Source: Octopus bimaculoides (lineage: Eukaryota). From it: 61,354 nucleotides of DNA. Of the stretch, positions 12,846 through 25,225 are shown piece by piece. The stretch spans positions 148,271,581 to 148,332,934 of the forward strand of contig NC_068983.1 in NCBI RefSeq assembly GCF_001194135.2. The letters are read 5' to 3'. How positions within the stretch are numbered: position 1 is the first letter of the stretch; each line of letters starts with the position of its first letter. The position numbers and the translations under genes are program-made. The notes under the pieces are model-generated. The model saw only the letters and a program-made list of their open reading frames with translations, did not search any database and was not told the DNA's origin.

Positions 12846-15636
12846 TGGCGTGATGTGCGTGTACATTGTTTTCTATTTTGGCGTTTAACAAAATGACCAA
12901 AATGCTGAATGAGGTTTTTGTCCGGCGGATTTAGAAAGCCTCACTACTGACGTGATGCGGTCCACACCAGCGAAAATTGACTTGAAATTTGCTTCCCTCT
13001 TGATAATTCTTCTTGAATTACATCTATGAATCGTAAGGGAAAAATAGAAGTAGAATGAAATTGATATCTTTACCCAAAATTTAAGAGACAATAATAACTT
13101 TTGCATTCTTGACGACTTCTTCAAGCCCCAAAACACCGATCCTGTTAAATTATAATCCTCCACCACACTTTTAAATTCCTTGAACGTTAGTTTTTTTGAA
13201 TTTCCATATTTGTAATCCGAGCTGTGTCGCTGCACATGATAACCACACCCTTACTGGTATAAATTCCACACTTTACATGAAAGTTTGGTAACAATACTCT
13301 TCACAATTTTTCAAGATTTTCCCTCAGCACTTTTCTAAGCACGGTTTCCAAACCAGCAGTTCTTAATTTTAATCCTTTCATTTAAACTTTATTTTGTTAT
13401 CTTGAGGTGCCATTCTCCAAACTTGAGGATGTGTTATATAATTGTGCGGCGGATTTACCTCCTTTATTTTCTCTTTCTTTTAGTCCTTCCACCTTAAATT
13501 TTAGGCATCTCCTCCCTTAATCTTTGACACTTTATTTGTGAGGTTTATTTCTAAATTTCATTTCCCAAGTCTTTGATCTTTTAACCACTAACCGTTCACG
13601 CGGCTTCATTCATTCCCGACTAACAGATGTTTCGGTCTCAGATTTTACGGTTTTCTAAGATACATAATTGAACGTCCGATTATCACTCACCTCGGTCCCT
13701 CAAATTAGTTATCGCTATTGTTCCTCCCTCTACCCTTAAGTTACACTTTTAATTTGCCTTACTGCTTTCCCTTTTCTTTTCATTTTACTCCTTCCTTAAC
13801 TCAACCTAACAGTCCACCATCATCCACAACCCAGTCGTTTCGTTATATGGCACTTTCATTATACCTCGAAGCAGTTTTGCAATAGCAGAGGCAGTAATAC
13901 TTCACATCACTTGATTGTTCGGTTTTTGCTTTAAATTTATATCAAACTTATTATTTTGTAGACCTAAAATCTATTCTAATTGCCTCCTGTAAATTTTTCA
14001 TTTTCTTCATTTCTACCAAATACATAATTATTCTCCCTCTTTCGATACAGTATCCTTAATTAACGAGATTACTGATTAGCTAACTTATAACTTACTTGTA
14101 AGCTTGTGTTTACTTAATACATCATCATGTTAAAATTTCATTTTATTTTATCTATTAGTTACCTAGTCCCATCGAACATCGAGAATTCTTTTTCCCTTTA
14201 TATTTCATTCTTTTTTCTTTACTTTACATTTATTGTATTTTCATTTATCTCCTTCTCCCTCTCCTCGGCATATGGAGTCGAGGGATCCTGATGCATTTGT
14301 CTCCTATCGGTCATCAATCCACCTTAACAGGTTCCAGTGAAATGAATATCAAACAATCGTTCACATTTATTATCTGTATCGTTATCACCGTTAAAACCCT
14401 TTATGGCTTGCTTTAAAATTTTATTGCCAGTAACTTCTTTCTTTAACTACCGCACCCCCTAAACTCCAACATACTGTTTTGCCATTGCATATACTTATTT
14501 TTTTTTATTTTCCCATCCTCATTATTAACGCTGCTACCACCACCACCACCGCCGCCATAACATCGTTATCATTACTGTAGTTGATATTATCATTACTATT
14601 GTTTGCTTCTTTATCACCTCATTAGTATTAGTACTACGTTTGATCATGCTTTTAGAGTTCCTCTAAGTTACTATGAATGAAATTGTACACTTCCCTCGTT
14701 GGTTAAAAAAAATGGTACATTATTATCATCATCATCATCATCATCTTATAATAATCTTGCTTGTCATTGCGTTACTTAGCCCGTTGGTAACACTTTCACG
14801 TGAATAAGAGGGAGAGAGAAAATAGGGAAGGAGAAAAGGAGATAGAGACAGGCGTCAATGACGTTAAGTAGAGGGAATGTAACTGTAACGCTTTCAAGTG
14901 ATTAGTTGAAGGGAAAGAGAGGAGAAAGTAAAAAAAGAGAGAAAAAGTAGATAAGGCGAAGAGAGAGACAGAAAGAGGATGAAAGAAAAAGAGGGAGAGT
15001 GAAGTGTCCATGAAATGTGGTAGAAGGAACGTATTATTTATTACGTGGTTATAAAAGTTAGTTGAATGTAGAAGAGGAGAGTTAAACATATAATTTTAGC
15101 AGAGGGGTGATGTTCTGATGGTGAGGTTAGAGAAAGGCAGTGAGAGAGGGGAGAGAGAGAGAGAGAGAGAGAGGGATGGTGGTTGTTGTGGTGGTGACTG
15201 AACTAAATTTTTTATATCACCTATAACTCAACGCATGCGCATAAGCGCTATTCTGTGAAATATTGACGCTTATTTACGTGGCAGATATATGCAATTTAAC
15301 TAAAGGTTGATTCATATATACAGGATGTCTTTTTTTGATTTTTGGTTATGGGAAAAATGGAAAAGTAAGAGTGAATATTTATTTTATGAGTGCTGTATTT
15401 TAAGTCTACAAAACTGTTCATAAAGTATGTAAAGTGTATATCTAAAGTGCATTAAGTGATTGTCTTCCAATTTTCTTCACTTTTCAATGAGTAGCAGATG
15501 AGCGACTGTCATCCCATACCGACACAACACAAACTACGCTTTCGGGGTTTTTGGATAAAGTTTTCAGATGTAACTCAAGAAGTTTACCATTAATTCAGTG
15601 AAATATTTACGGGTCCCGCTATTCATCATTAGAAGT

Positions 15637-15805
15637 AAGGCGTTGAGCTGAGTTAGCAGAATCGTTAATACGCCGAACAAAATGCTCTTTACAGTTCTGA
15701 GTTCAAATTCCGCTCAGGTCAACATTGCCATTCATCTTTTCGGGGGTCGATGAAATAAGTAGTAGTTATGAACTGGGGTCGATGTAGTCGATTAGCCTCA
15801 TCCTC
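15637..15805 (+). mobile_element. SINE family C
   Basis: GCAGAATCGTTAATACGCCG...GTTCTGAGTTCAAATTCCGC...GGGGTCGATG. Confidence 0.8.
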
Positions 15806-16019
15806 CATATTCTTCCAACAGCACAGAGAGCCATAACTTAATGCTAGCCTGATACAGTGATACCTGGCCGTCTTCAGTCACACACATACTGCTTAATTTT
15901 TCAATCGGGACCATTTACATGCAATGTGCCGAGCGGCGGGATACTACAGAGACAATTGTAACGAATACTGATATTGTGCTAGACTCAATATTCGTCTTTT
16001 TACTGATATGTGTGTGTAC

Positions 16020-16063
<44 letters not shown>

Positions 16064-16154
16064 CTATGTGTATGTATGTGTGTATGCATGTATGTATGAA
16101 TATATGTAGCTATGTGTATAGGTATAGATACACATGCATATGTATCAAAAATAT

Positions 16155-16480
16155 GTGAAGATGCATGGCTCAGTGGTTAAAGCGTCGGGCTCACGATGAT
16201 AAGATAGTGAGTTCAGTTCCCAGGCCGGTCTGCATGTCGTGTTCTTGAGCAAGACACTTTATTTCACTCATCTGTAGAAATGAATTGTGACATCACATGT
16301 GTCAAGCTGTATCGGCCTTTGTCTTTCCCTTGGATAACATCGCCGACATTGGATAGGGGAGTCCGGCATGCATAGAGCGGCTGCTGATCTACCATAAACA
16401 ACCTTGTCCACATTTGTGCCTCGGAGGGGAACTTTCTCGGTACAATCCCAAGGTGATTCATGACCAAAGGGGGGTCTTTA
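16155..16480 (+). mobile_element. SINE family A, near full length (tRNA head)
   Basis: A-box TGGCTCAGTGG and B-box-like GAGTTCAGTTCC; collinear over ~320 bp with 56120-56460. Confidence 0.9.
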
Positions 16481-16523
16481 CTCTTTACACATGTAAAAGA
16501 AATACACACTCTCTCTCTCTCAG

Positions 16524-16565
<42 letters not shown>

Positions 16566-18480
16566 AATGATAGCTTCCTTTCGGAAGCGATCAGTGTAGC
16601 AGACAGTGTAAGCTTTCGCGAGCCAACACAATGAACTTGTTTATATCCCAATTTTAGCATATTCATTGTAATTGCTGTTATAAATTTCTATTTTCATTCT
16701 CCTTAAAAGTGCTTAGAAAAGTCAAACTGAAACCAATATTCTAATTTTAATGGGCGAAGACCTTAGAGCAAGATAAAAAGCGCTGGTGAACCAAATTCTG
16801 TAAATAAGTTTTTGTTTCAGGTTGAAAATTCTTTTACTCATTTACGACGCAAACTTACTTTTAAAAGGCATGAAGACACTTTGTCTCATCTAAAAAATGT
16901 CTCTTTTTTGTCACAACTGCAAAGGAGTCTTTTTTATTTTCATTCTAGACATCAGTAGTGCAGTGAGTTCACTTTTAGTTCTCAGTATCTGTTTTTGAAC
17001 AAGGCAAGTTAACAAAAGATTTGCTGTGCTTTAGCTCCTGGTGCAACTATTTTTGCCACTGTCATTACTAGAGCTACTACTACTGATGCTTACAACACCG
17101 AGCCGTTTCTACTCTTAAGTACCCATTTGAAGTTATATATACTGGTCTATTTAAGATTTAAGTGTCTTCTTTATCAAAGACACATGATATTCAGATTCTT
17201 GGGTGATGGGTCAGAATCATTGGAAAAGTCGGAAAACCTGGATAAAATTGATATATATGATAGATTATTTCGGTTGAGTAACAGAAATGACTGCTTCAGT
17301 ATCTTTGAGAGATTCTACATTCAATTGAATCATTTCTTCTTGTGATTTAATTACCAGTTGGTTGCGTTACCGTAACATAATTCCAATGTATACATGTTAT
17401 AAAGTTATGTTTAATTTGAATGCGATTTCAAAAATATCTCGACCGTTGTATGTGTAGGGATAGACGGTGTAGCAGTAGAGCGACAAAATAATTGTAAATG
17501 ATCGTACGAATGATTGAATTTATAGAAAAGAAATTATTTTATAATCAAATATATATAAACACACACACATACACAAGCACACAGACACAAACACACACGC
17601 ACACATACACACACTCACATGACACATATGCGCACATACATACATATATATGTTTCCATGAAAATATAAATAGATAATGTTTAAGAATAAGAAATATCGA
17701 CTATAAATTAAAGAATTTCTTAACAATTTCATTGAAACGAGAGAATATTAGAAAGAAATAATTTAGATATATTTAATTTATATCCAAATTTTTCAATAGC
17801 GTAAAATAATACTGTTACACATGATAAGGTAAAAAAAAAAACAGTAGTAGTAGTAGTAGTCATTTATAAAATTATCATCGTCATAATCATCACCATCATC
17901 ATCTTCAACATCGCTAATAACATCATCATCATCATTGATACTTAAGAAATACGTCAATATTTATTAATCCGATTCACTTACATATAAAGCGACAAATATT
18001 GTACCAGACACTGATGGAAGAGAAGTTTGCCAATGGATTCAATGAAAGTTTTTAGATAAATTTGGTCTACGTAGTATAACATTTTTACAGGAGATTAACA
18101 AATGTCTTTAGAGATGCCACTGCAGCCTGAATTTATTTTATGAGCCATTAAGTTTCTGCGATATATGTGTACGAAATGTGAAATTATTCAAAACTGGAAT
18201 CATTTGCCTCTCCGATTCGCTTTCCAATTAGTAACAATGGATGTCATCTACGATTTCGCTCCTTCGAATTTTCATATACGCACTCTCATAAAGTTTCTCA
18301 CCTTTCTTAATCGAAGAAAGCCTGTTGCATACTGTATGGTAAGTTTAATCAGAAGCACGCCGGAAGAGAAATATGATTTTAACAGCTTCATTTCCATACA
18401 ACATCCGGTGTATGCATTTTTAAACTCGAAAATGTCATGTTTATTTATATGCGTATCTTGCTATCGTTCTCTTCACCTTT

Positions 18481-18551
18481 ATACATACATACATACATAC
18501 ATACATACATACATACATACATACATACATACATACATACATACATACATA
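18481..18551. repeat. (TACA)n microsatellite
   Basis: Direct reading. Confidence 0.95.
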
Positions 18552-18593
18552 CGTGAGTGTGCTATCCTTTCTCTTACTTTTTTCTGTCCTTAG

Positions 18594-18995
18594 GGTGCGG
18601 CCGTGCTATGGCACCGCCTAGAAAGGCTTGATTTAAAAAATGGACCCCAGTACTTATTTTATAAGCCTGCTACTTATTCTATCAGTCACTTTTGCCGAAA
18701 CTCTAAATTTCGAAGACATAAAAACCAAAGGTCGGTTGTTAAATGGTGGGCGTGTAGACACAGACACAGNNNNNNNNNNNNNNNNNNNNNNNNNNNNNNN
18801 NNNNNNNNNNNNNNNNNNNNNNNNNNNNNNNNNNNNNNNNNNNNNNNNNNNNNNNNNNNNNNNNNATATATATATATATATACGACAGGCTTTGATCGGC
18901 TCGGACCTATAGTAGTAGAAGGTACTTGCCTAAGATACCACGCCGTTGGACAGTTATGCTTGCGCTTATATCTTACCACACAGCCTGAGGCAAAG
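18594..18995 (-). mobile_element. SINE family B, near full length, with its central microsatellite in an N gap
   Basis: Head (18884-18995) and tail (18594-18765) are reverse complements of the corresponding parts of 46028-46614. Confidence 0.75.
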
Positions 18996-19155
18996 TAACG
19001 TATGTGATATGGGTATAAGAGAGTGGCGATATATATTCATTACAAAGGATACTCATTTCCAAAAATATATTCTCTGTGGAATTAAATTTTGAAACGAAAC
19101 TCTTGTGTACAATCACAAACCTCTATACGCACAAACGTACGCATGTACACACATA

Positions 19156-19311
19156 CATATGATTACATGTACATATGATTACATGTACATATGATTACAT
19201 ATGATTACATATGATTACATATGATTACATATGATTACATATGATTACATGTACATATGATTACATGTACACACATATGATTACATGTACACACATACAT
19301 ATGATTACATG
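19156..19311. repeat. Minisatellite: 11 copies of CATATGATTA with CATGTA(CA) spacers
   Basis: Counted directly. Confidence 0.95.
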
Positions 19312-20819
19312 CGTAAATTAAGTATAAGGCTAATGTCGTAGACAAAAAGAAAGTTAAGTGAACTGGTTTTGATCAGAGTATTGTGTATTAAGGACTCCAC
19401 TATGACAAATAAACAATTCAATTAGTAAATATTTTTGCTTTCGATGCTACAATATAACATGGAATAAGTCAATATGTTTTTAACAACAGTTGCGTGCGTA
19501 ATTCAAACACAGAACAAATTTAAATAATTGTCTTTATAAGAGGGAAGGTATTGATGGCTTTGAGCAGGCGAAAAACAGCTTGAACAGATAAAAAGTACTT
19601 TAAGAAAGAGCGGTATGATGGATGCACCCAGTAAGATAAAGAGTTGAAAATGCAGATTTTGTGTTCATCATCTCTTGTGAAAAGCTAACAACATAAGCCA
19701 CATGAAATTCCATAGTAGCATACGAAATCAAGATACATCTAACAATGATTTACCCCTGCTTATGGTAGTCTCGCTCCTGTAGCTTGAAGAAAACCCTGTG
19801 ACGTATCCTGGCTTTAAAATGCAATCCTGGTTTAATAACAGATTACCATACCACAATTGAGCTACATAACACCTGCAGAGGTTTTTGAAACTTAACTGAA
19901 GGTCCTAAGAATCATCTGAGAGCACACAGACATAATGCAGATTATCAGAAGGGTGTAGATTAACAGAGGCGGTTATCATGTGTCTAAAAGAATCGATCAT
20001 CATGTGCGTACGTATGGATGGATGGGTGGATGGATGGATGGGTGGATGGATGGATGGGTGGATGGATGCATGCATACTTGTTTGAATGCATGGATGTATA
20101 CAAGCATATAAGTATGTACGTACGTAAATATGCGTGATTTCGTTAATTCAAAGATAATTAAGATATCAATAAAAAAAGTAGAAATACAATAATACCTGAT
20201 TAGATTTCTTACGGTATTTTCTCCCACTTCTATCTGTAAATATCATGAAATATTGCTTCTCCAAATGAGATCGTACGTTGTTGAATATAATGAATCTCTT
20301 TCAGTCTAATTCCATCTACCACTATGGAAATAAATTCCGAGCCGCTGTATCATATGAGCTTCATCTGAGTTTATTACCCAGATTCCATTTTTGATTTGAA
20401 GAGAATTCACATCTTGTGCAATCTTAATGCTCCTGAAAAAGCCATGAAGGTCACACAACCTTCTTCATCCTGTGCAAACCCGTGGCTTTGAACCAACTTG
20501 GGAATAAATTATTTGAATACCAGATGTTTTTTATTTGTCTGGAATCATATCGAACCAAATTTGAAACAGCTGAATATTAAAATAGAAATTTTGCAATATG
20601 TCACGAAGGAAATATTTGCTCTTGTCCTTTGAACAAAAAAAATTAATTAATAGATGAAATAGAGATAGAAAGAGAGAAAGAGGGAAAACCAAATTAACTC
20701 AGAGAGATTCTGTGTTCAAATTTGCAAAACTTCTGCCAGCTTGAGTTTAGACCCTCCGTAATTCAATAACTATCATGAAATAAAGGGGACTAATGTATTG
20801 AGAATAACTCATCTAAAAA

Positions 20820-21042
20820 AACTTGCCTTAATATTGATTCCAAATTTTGGCACAAGACCTGCAATTTTGGGAAAGTAAGTAAGTAGGTTAGATTGACCCC
20901 CACAATTTAACTGGTACTTAATTTGGATGGAAGGCAAAGTCGACTTTACATTCTGAATTTAAATTCAGAATGCAAAGCCGGACGAAATGTCCTAAGCATT
21001 TTGCCTGGCGTATTAACGATTCTGCCATCTCACCACCTTAAC
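20820..21042 (-). mobile_element. SINE family C (minus strand)
   Basis: The minus strand begins AAGGTGGTGAGATGGCAGAATCGTTAATACGCCAGGCAAAATGCTTAG. Confidence 0.8.
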
Positions 21043-21064
21043 CTTGTCTTAATATTTCGTCCGC

Positions 21065-21220
21065 CTGCACGATCTGAGTTCAAATTCCGCCAAGGTCGAC
21101 TTTGCCTTTCATCATTTTGGGACCGATAAAATAAGTGCTTATTGAGTGCTAGGGTCGATGTAATCGACTTAGCCCTTTTTCCGAAATTTCTGACCTTGTG
21201 CCAAAATTTGCAACCAATAT
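21065..21220 (+). mobile_element. SINE family C, 5'-truncated
   Basis: CTGAGTTCAAATTCCGCCAAGGTCGACTTTGCCTTTCATC...GGGTCGATGTAATCGACT...CCTTGTGCCAAAATTTG. Confidence 0.8.
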
Positions 21221-21230
21221 TTAAAGCGCT

Positions 21231-21352
21231 TAAAGGAGTGAGCTGGCAGAATCGTTACGACACCAAGCAAAATATTTAGTGGCGTTTCATCCGTCTTTAC
21301 ATTCTGAGGTCGACTTTGTGTTTCATCTCTCGGGATCAATAAAATAAGTACC
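21231..21352 (+). mobile_element. SINE family C, 3'-truncated
   Basis: GAGTGAGCTGGCAGAATCGTT...GGTCGACTTTGTGTTTCATC...AAAATAAGTACCA. Confidence 0.8.
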
Positions 21353-23049
21353 ATCCCGAAACAACTGCCAAGACCAGGTTGAAATGAGAAGGTACTGATG
21401 TTCTTGCAAATAACGATGGAGGCGTTGTGTTAAGATGAGTAAAATGTTTGAATGTTTTACTTCTACAGATAACAGAAACACCATTGACTCGTGAACATTG
21501 CGTCATTCATAACGTATTTTTTCTAAAATATTTTCGACCACATGGGATTTGCTTATAAGATTACGCTTGATACGGATATGATATAAAACCACCAATATTC
21601 ATATCCACACTTCCATCGCGATGTGAGGTATCATCAGTGTACTTCTCATTTCACTTGGTTTTCTCAGTTATTTCAGGATGTTATTCGATGCTATGGAAAG
21701 TCTGATAGAACGCTACTATTAGTAAACACGCCTAATATTATATTTGTTCACATATACATTAGTTTCCACCTTGTGCTTCCCAAATGTTGTCAAAACTCTG
21801 GGTTTTTTAAACTTAAAATTCAACCACAGAAATTGCAGACTACAGAAACTTTGTCCATTTTAACTAGCGTATCTTCTCTCTGAGAACCATAAAATCAACA
21901 TCGTTTGTATGTATACGCGCGCTCACAAACACAAATACATACACACAAACTCACTCACAAATACACACACGCACTCACTCAAACACGCACACATACACAC
22001 ACACATACATACATACATACATACATATATACATAAATAATACCAACATAGCGATTTAAATATAATTGAAAATACACAAACATATATCTTCTTTATTATA
22101 TGTTTGTATATATGCATATATGCGTGTATACATTTATGCATAAATGGTAGTCATATATTTAGTGTACAGCATAGAGAGAAAAATAATAATGATAAAACTT
22201 AATAATGATAGCAAATTGCTAGGACAGACATATATTTAATTTAATTTAATTGACCATAGTAATTTACTGGTACTTATTTTACTGACCTTAGAAGGCTAAA
22301 ATTATAGTCACGTTTCGTGCTGTTTAAAATCAAAGCATGAATGAACCTAAGTAAATACCAGTAGCCATTTTGTTAACTCGGTACTGAAATCTCCAACCAT
22401 CTCTCTTCAATGACCTAAATAATGAATGAATTAACCTTGACAGGCATCTTGTTTGACTTTGTATATATGCTTCCTGCAAAGTTACTTGCATAAAATTACA
22501 ATTTTATAAGTGTTGTAAATCATTATGATACAGTATTTCTCAGACACACATTAAACATTGGTTCTATATAAATACAAGAATTTTTTTATATGATGCTGAA
22601 CTCTTATGTGACTAAGAACAGAAATTAATAGCTCTTAGATATTTCGTTTTATATGTTAAATATATAGCATGTTTCCGGTCTTGTTCTCAGGATAAATGTC
22701 CGCTGCATTTTATTTAATTTGAAAATCATATAAACATTGTAAGAAATATATTAACTATACACTTCGTTTGTGTACTCAAGCCAGGTCTCAAAATTTTACC
22801 CTGGATAAAGCAATCAATCACTCAATCTTTAATTCGCGCTATTTTGATCAAATAGTATATCAGTCCACTGAAAGGTCGTGAGTCTTTTCTCTCAGGTGCA
22901 TCCATTCGCGGGTGACATAGTCAAATATGGTCGATAATATTGTTTCTAGTTAAATACAAGATAAGGTTTGAAAACAACTTTCTATTTCCAATGGCAACAG
23001 TAATGAGTATTTTTTTTTATTTAAGCACAAGAAGATGGGGTTATACCGA

Positions 23050-23170
23050 CCCTATTATTTGCGTAGTACTTTATCGACTTCAGAGATATAACTGGCTAAG
23101 TTGACCTCGGTGGGATTAGAATTCAGGAAGTGGAAGGCTGGACACTCTAACGATTCTAGAAACTCACCAC
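23050..23170 (-). mobile_element. Highly diverged SINE family C fragment
   Basis: The reverse complement contains GGTGAG...AGAATCGTTAG...CCGAGGTCAACT...GTCGATAAAGTAC. Confidence 0.5.
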
Positions 23171-25109
23171 TATTCGACCAGTAATTAACCAGTAAAGCCA
23201 CTGGTTAGTACATGTTTCTGGTAGTAAATATTTACTCCTAGGTGGACTTTACCAGTGAGAGATAAATAATAAATATGTCCATGAGTACAGTGCTGTGCAT
23301 CAGTAACGGAACACAAATTGTCGATAAGTTTTAACTCTTTCAATAGATGGAAACAAATTTAAACGACGCGCCACAGGTACCAGGAAGGAATTGTAGGAGA
23401 ATGAAGAAATAATCGAAAGAACAAACGTGCTTATGTACATAACCCTAATACAAATTTATTCACGTCAGAATGAAATGATATATTCAAAGACAGAAATGCT
23501 GAGTTTGTTTTGCTGCTGCTGTTATTCTTGTTCACTTGTTGTTCTTTTTTAATACTTGTCTTTTTACCAGACAAAGTTTAGTTGAGACAACATGATAATA
23601 TTGATTTTTGGGAGAGAAAATAATCAACGCCTCATTTGACTGGTAATAAACTGACAAGATTTCATTTCAAAAAAAGTTAATTTGCCCTCCCCTTCTCTAC
23701 TCCATCTATTATTTAATTATTTGTTCAAAGGACAAGAGCAAATATTTCCTTCGTGACATATTGCAAAATTTCGATTTTAATATTCAACAGTTTCAAATTT
23801 TGTTCGATATGATTCCAGACAAATAAAAAACATCTGGTATTCAAATAATTTATTCCTAAGTTAGCCTTACATTATCATAGGATGGGGTAAAAACGACTGA
23901 ATGACTCATGCTTTGTGAGGGTCATTAACATCTTAAAAAAAGTTGAATTTTGTTTCGTTCAGAAAAGGAATGCAGATAATGAACTCAGTTTGGAGACAAA
24001 GTATCATAATACGGCTCAAAACTATAAATCCACAGTGGCAGATTGAATGAGAATTAGTGTGTTTCAAAGAAAAGCACTATATACCCCTACTGAATATAAC
24101 AATCTAATTCCTGAATAAGCTTGTAGACTTTTAGATATTTTTTAATGAACAAAATCAGCCTAGGTGAAGTGTACTGACTACGACAGAGTATGCCAATAAC
24201 CTCAAAACCTACAACACTCGCCAAGAATAGGCTGATGTTTAACTGATGTACAGACAGACATATCCAGAGAGGGATATAAGAAAAGAAAAAAAAGGATTTT
24301 TACTTACATATAACTGAAAGAAGTTAATTGGCTATAACCATGTTTAGAAACCGGCTCGCAGTCTACGGCACTAGGCATAGATAAGCCTAGAGTCCTCATT
24401 TACTTGTTGATCAAGATAGTTCTACAACTAGAACCAATATCTTCATTTCTTCCCCAAGAGCATAATTTAAGTGTAGTGCAATGACTTCAGCTATGAATTG
24501 AAATAAAGTGGTGGTCACGGTTCGTTGGATTCGGTATTTCACGGTCTACAGCCACACGCTATATTTGCTTCAACGGACATGGACGCTGACAATGAGAGCA
24601 AATGCAATCTCTCGAAAGGGAACAATGTACACACATATTATTATCATTATCACTATCAAGCACAAAAGTTATCTGTATTATTTTTCTTTCTTTTACTCTC
24701 ACATTTACTTTCTCTCTCCCACCCCTCACTCACCCACCTATACACATACGTACTGACAGCTCTACCGAGCTAACGAGGGTTTCTGTATCTGGTAACCAAA
24801 CCCGTTAGAAATAGTAACCAAATCTGCTTAAAATTGCATTACTTTCTCTTAAAAAAATTGGACGATGTGATCCTAGATATATTACACAGGAAAACAAGAC
24901 GAGAGCATCAAAGCATTTTATAATAGTTCTGCTCTATGAGGGATCAGCTGGAGATATAAAAAAAAATTTTGCGCTATTTTCTATTCCTACTAATCTCTAC
25001 AAACTGTGAGGAATTATTGCAATTAAATAATTATTTAGATCTGGCTGTTCTCTTGTCGGTATTTGCAATATTTAAACACTGTGCAAACACTTGAGAAACG
25101 ATCCACAGT

Positions 25110-25225
25110 CGCAACAACAACAACAACAACCACGATCATGACGATGATGACAACAACGACAGCAGCAACAACAATTATATCAACAATGACGAAGACGACA
25201 ATGACGACAAAACGACAACGATGCA
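25110..25225. repeat. Degenerate trinucleotide repeat (AAC/ATG/ACG)
   Basis: Direct reading; it accounts for the poly-T/poly-V ORFs. Confidence 0.85.

Larger units (their letters stand above)
20501..23856. repeat. Long-range inverted repeat: 136-bp arms at 20501-20636 and 23721-23856 (132/136 identical) with more diverged homologous flanks
   Basis: Manual reverse-complement alignment shows 4 mismatches. Confidence 0.9.

Noticed and set aside
15316-15630. Possible Tc1-like end (TA-CAGGATGTC) with decayed transposase tail
   Set aside because: No catalytic motif could be read with confidence and no matching second TIR was found.
18091-18338. Exon-like segment with good acceptor (TTTTTACAG) and donor (ATG|GTAAGT)
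   Set aside because: All three frames from the acceptor contain stops and the internal ORF resembles no known protein. A non-coding exon cannot be excluded without RNA-seq.
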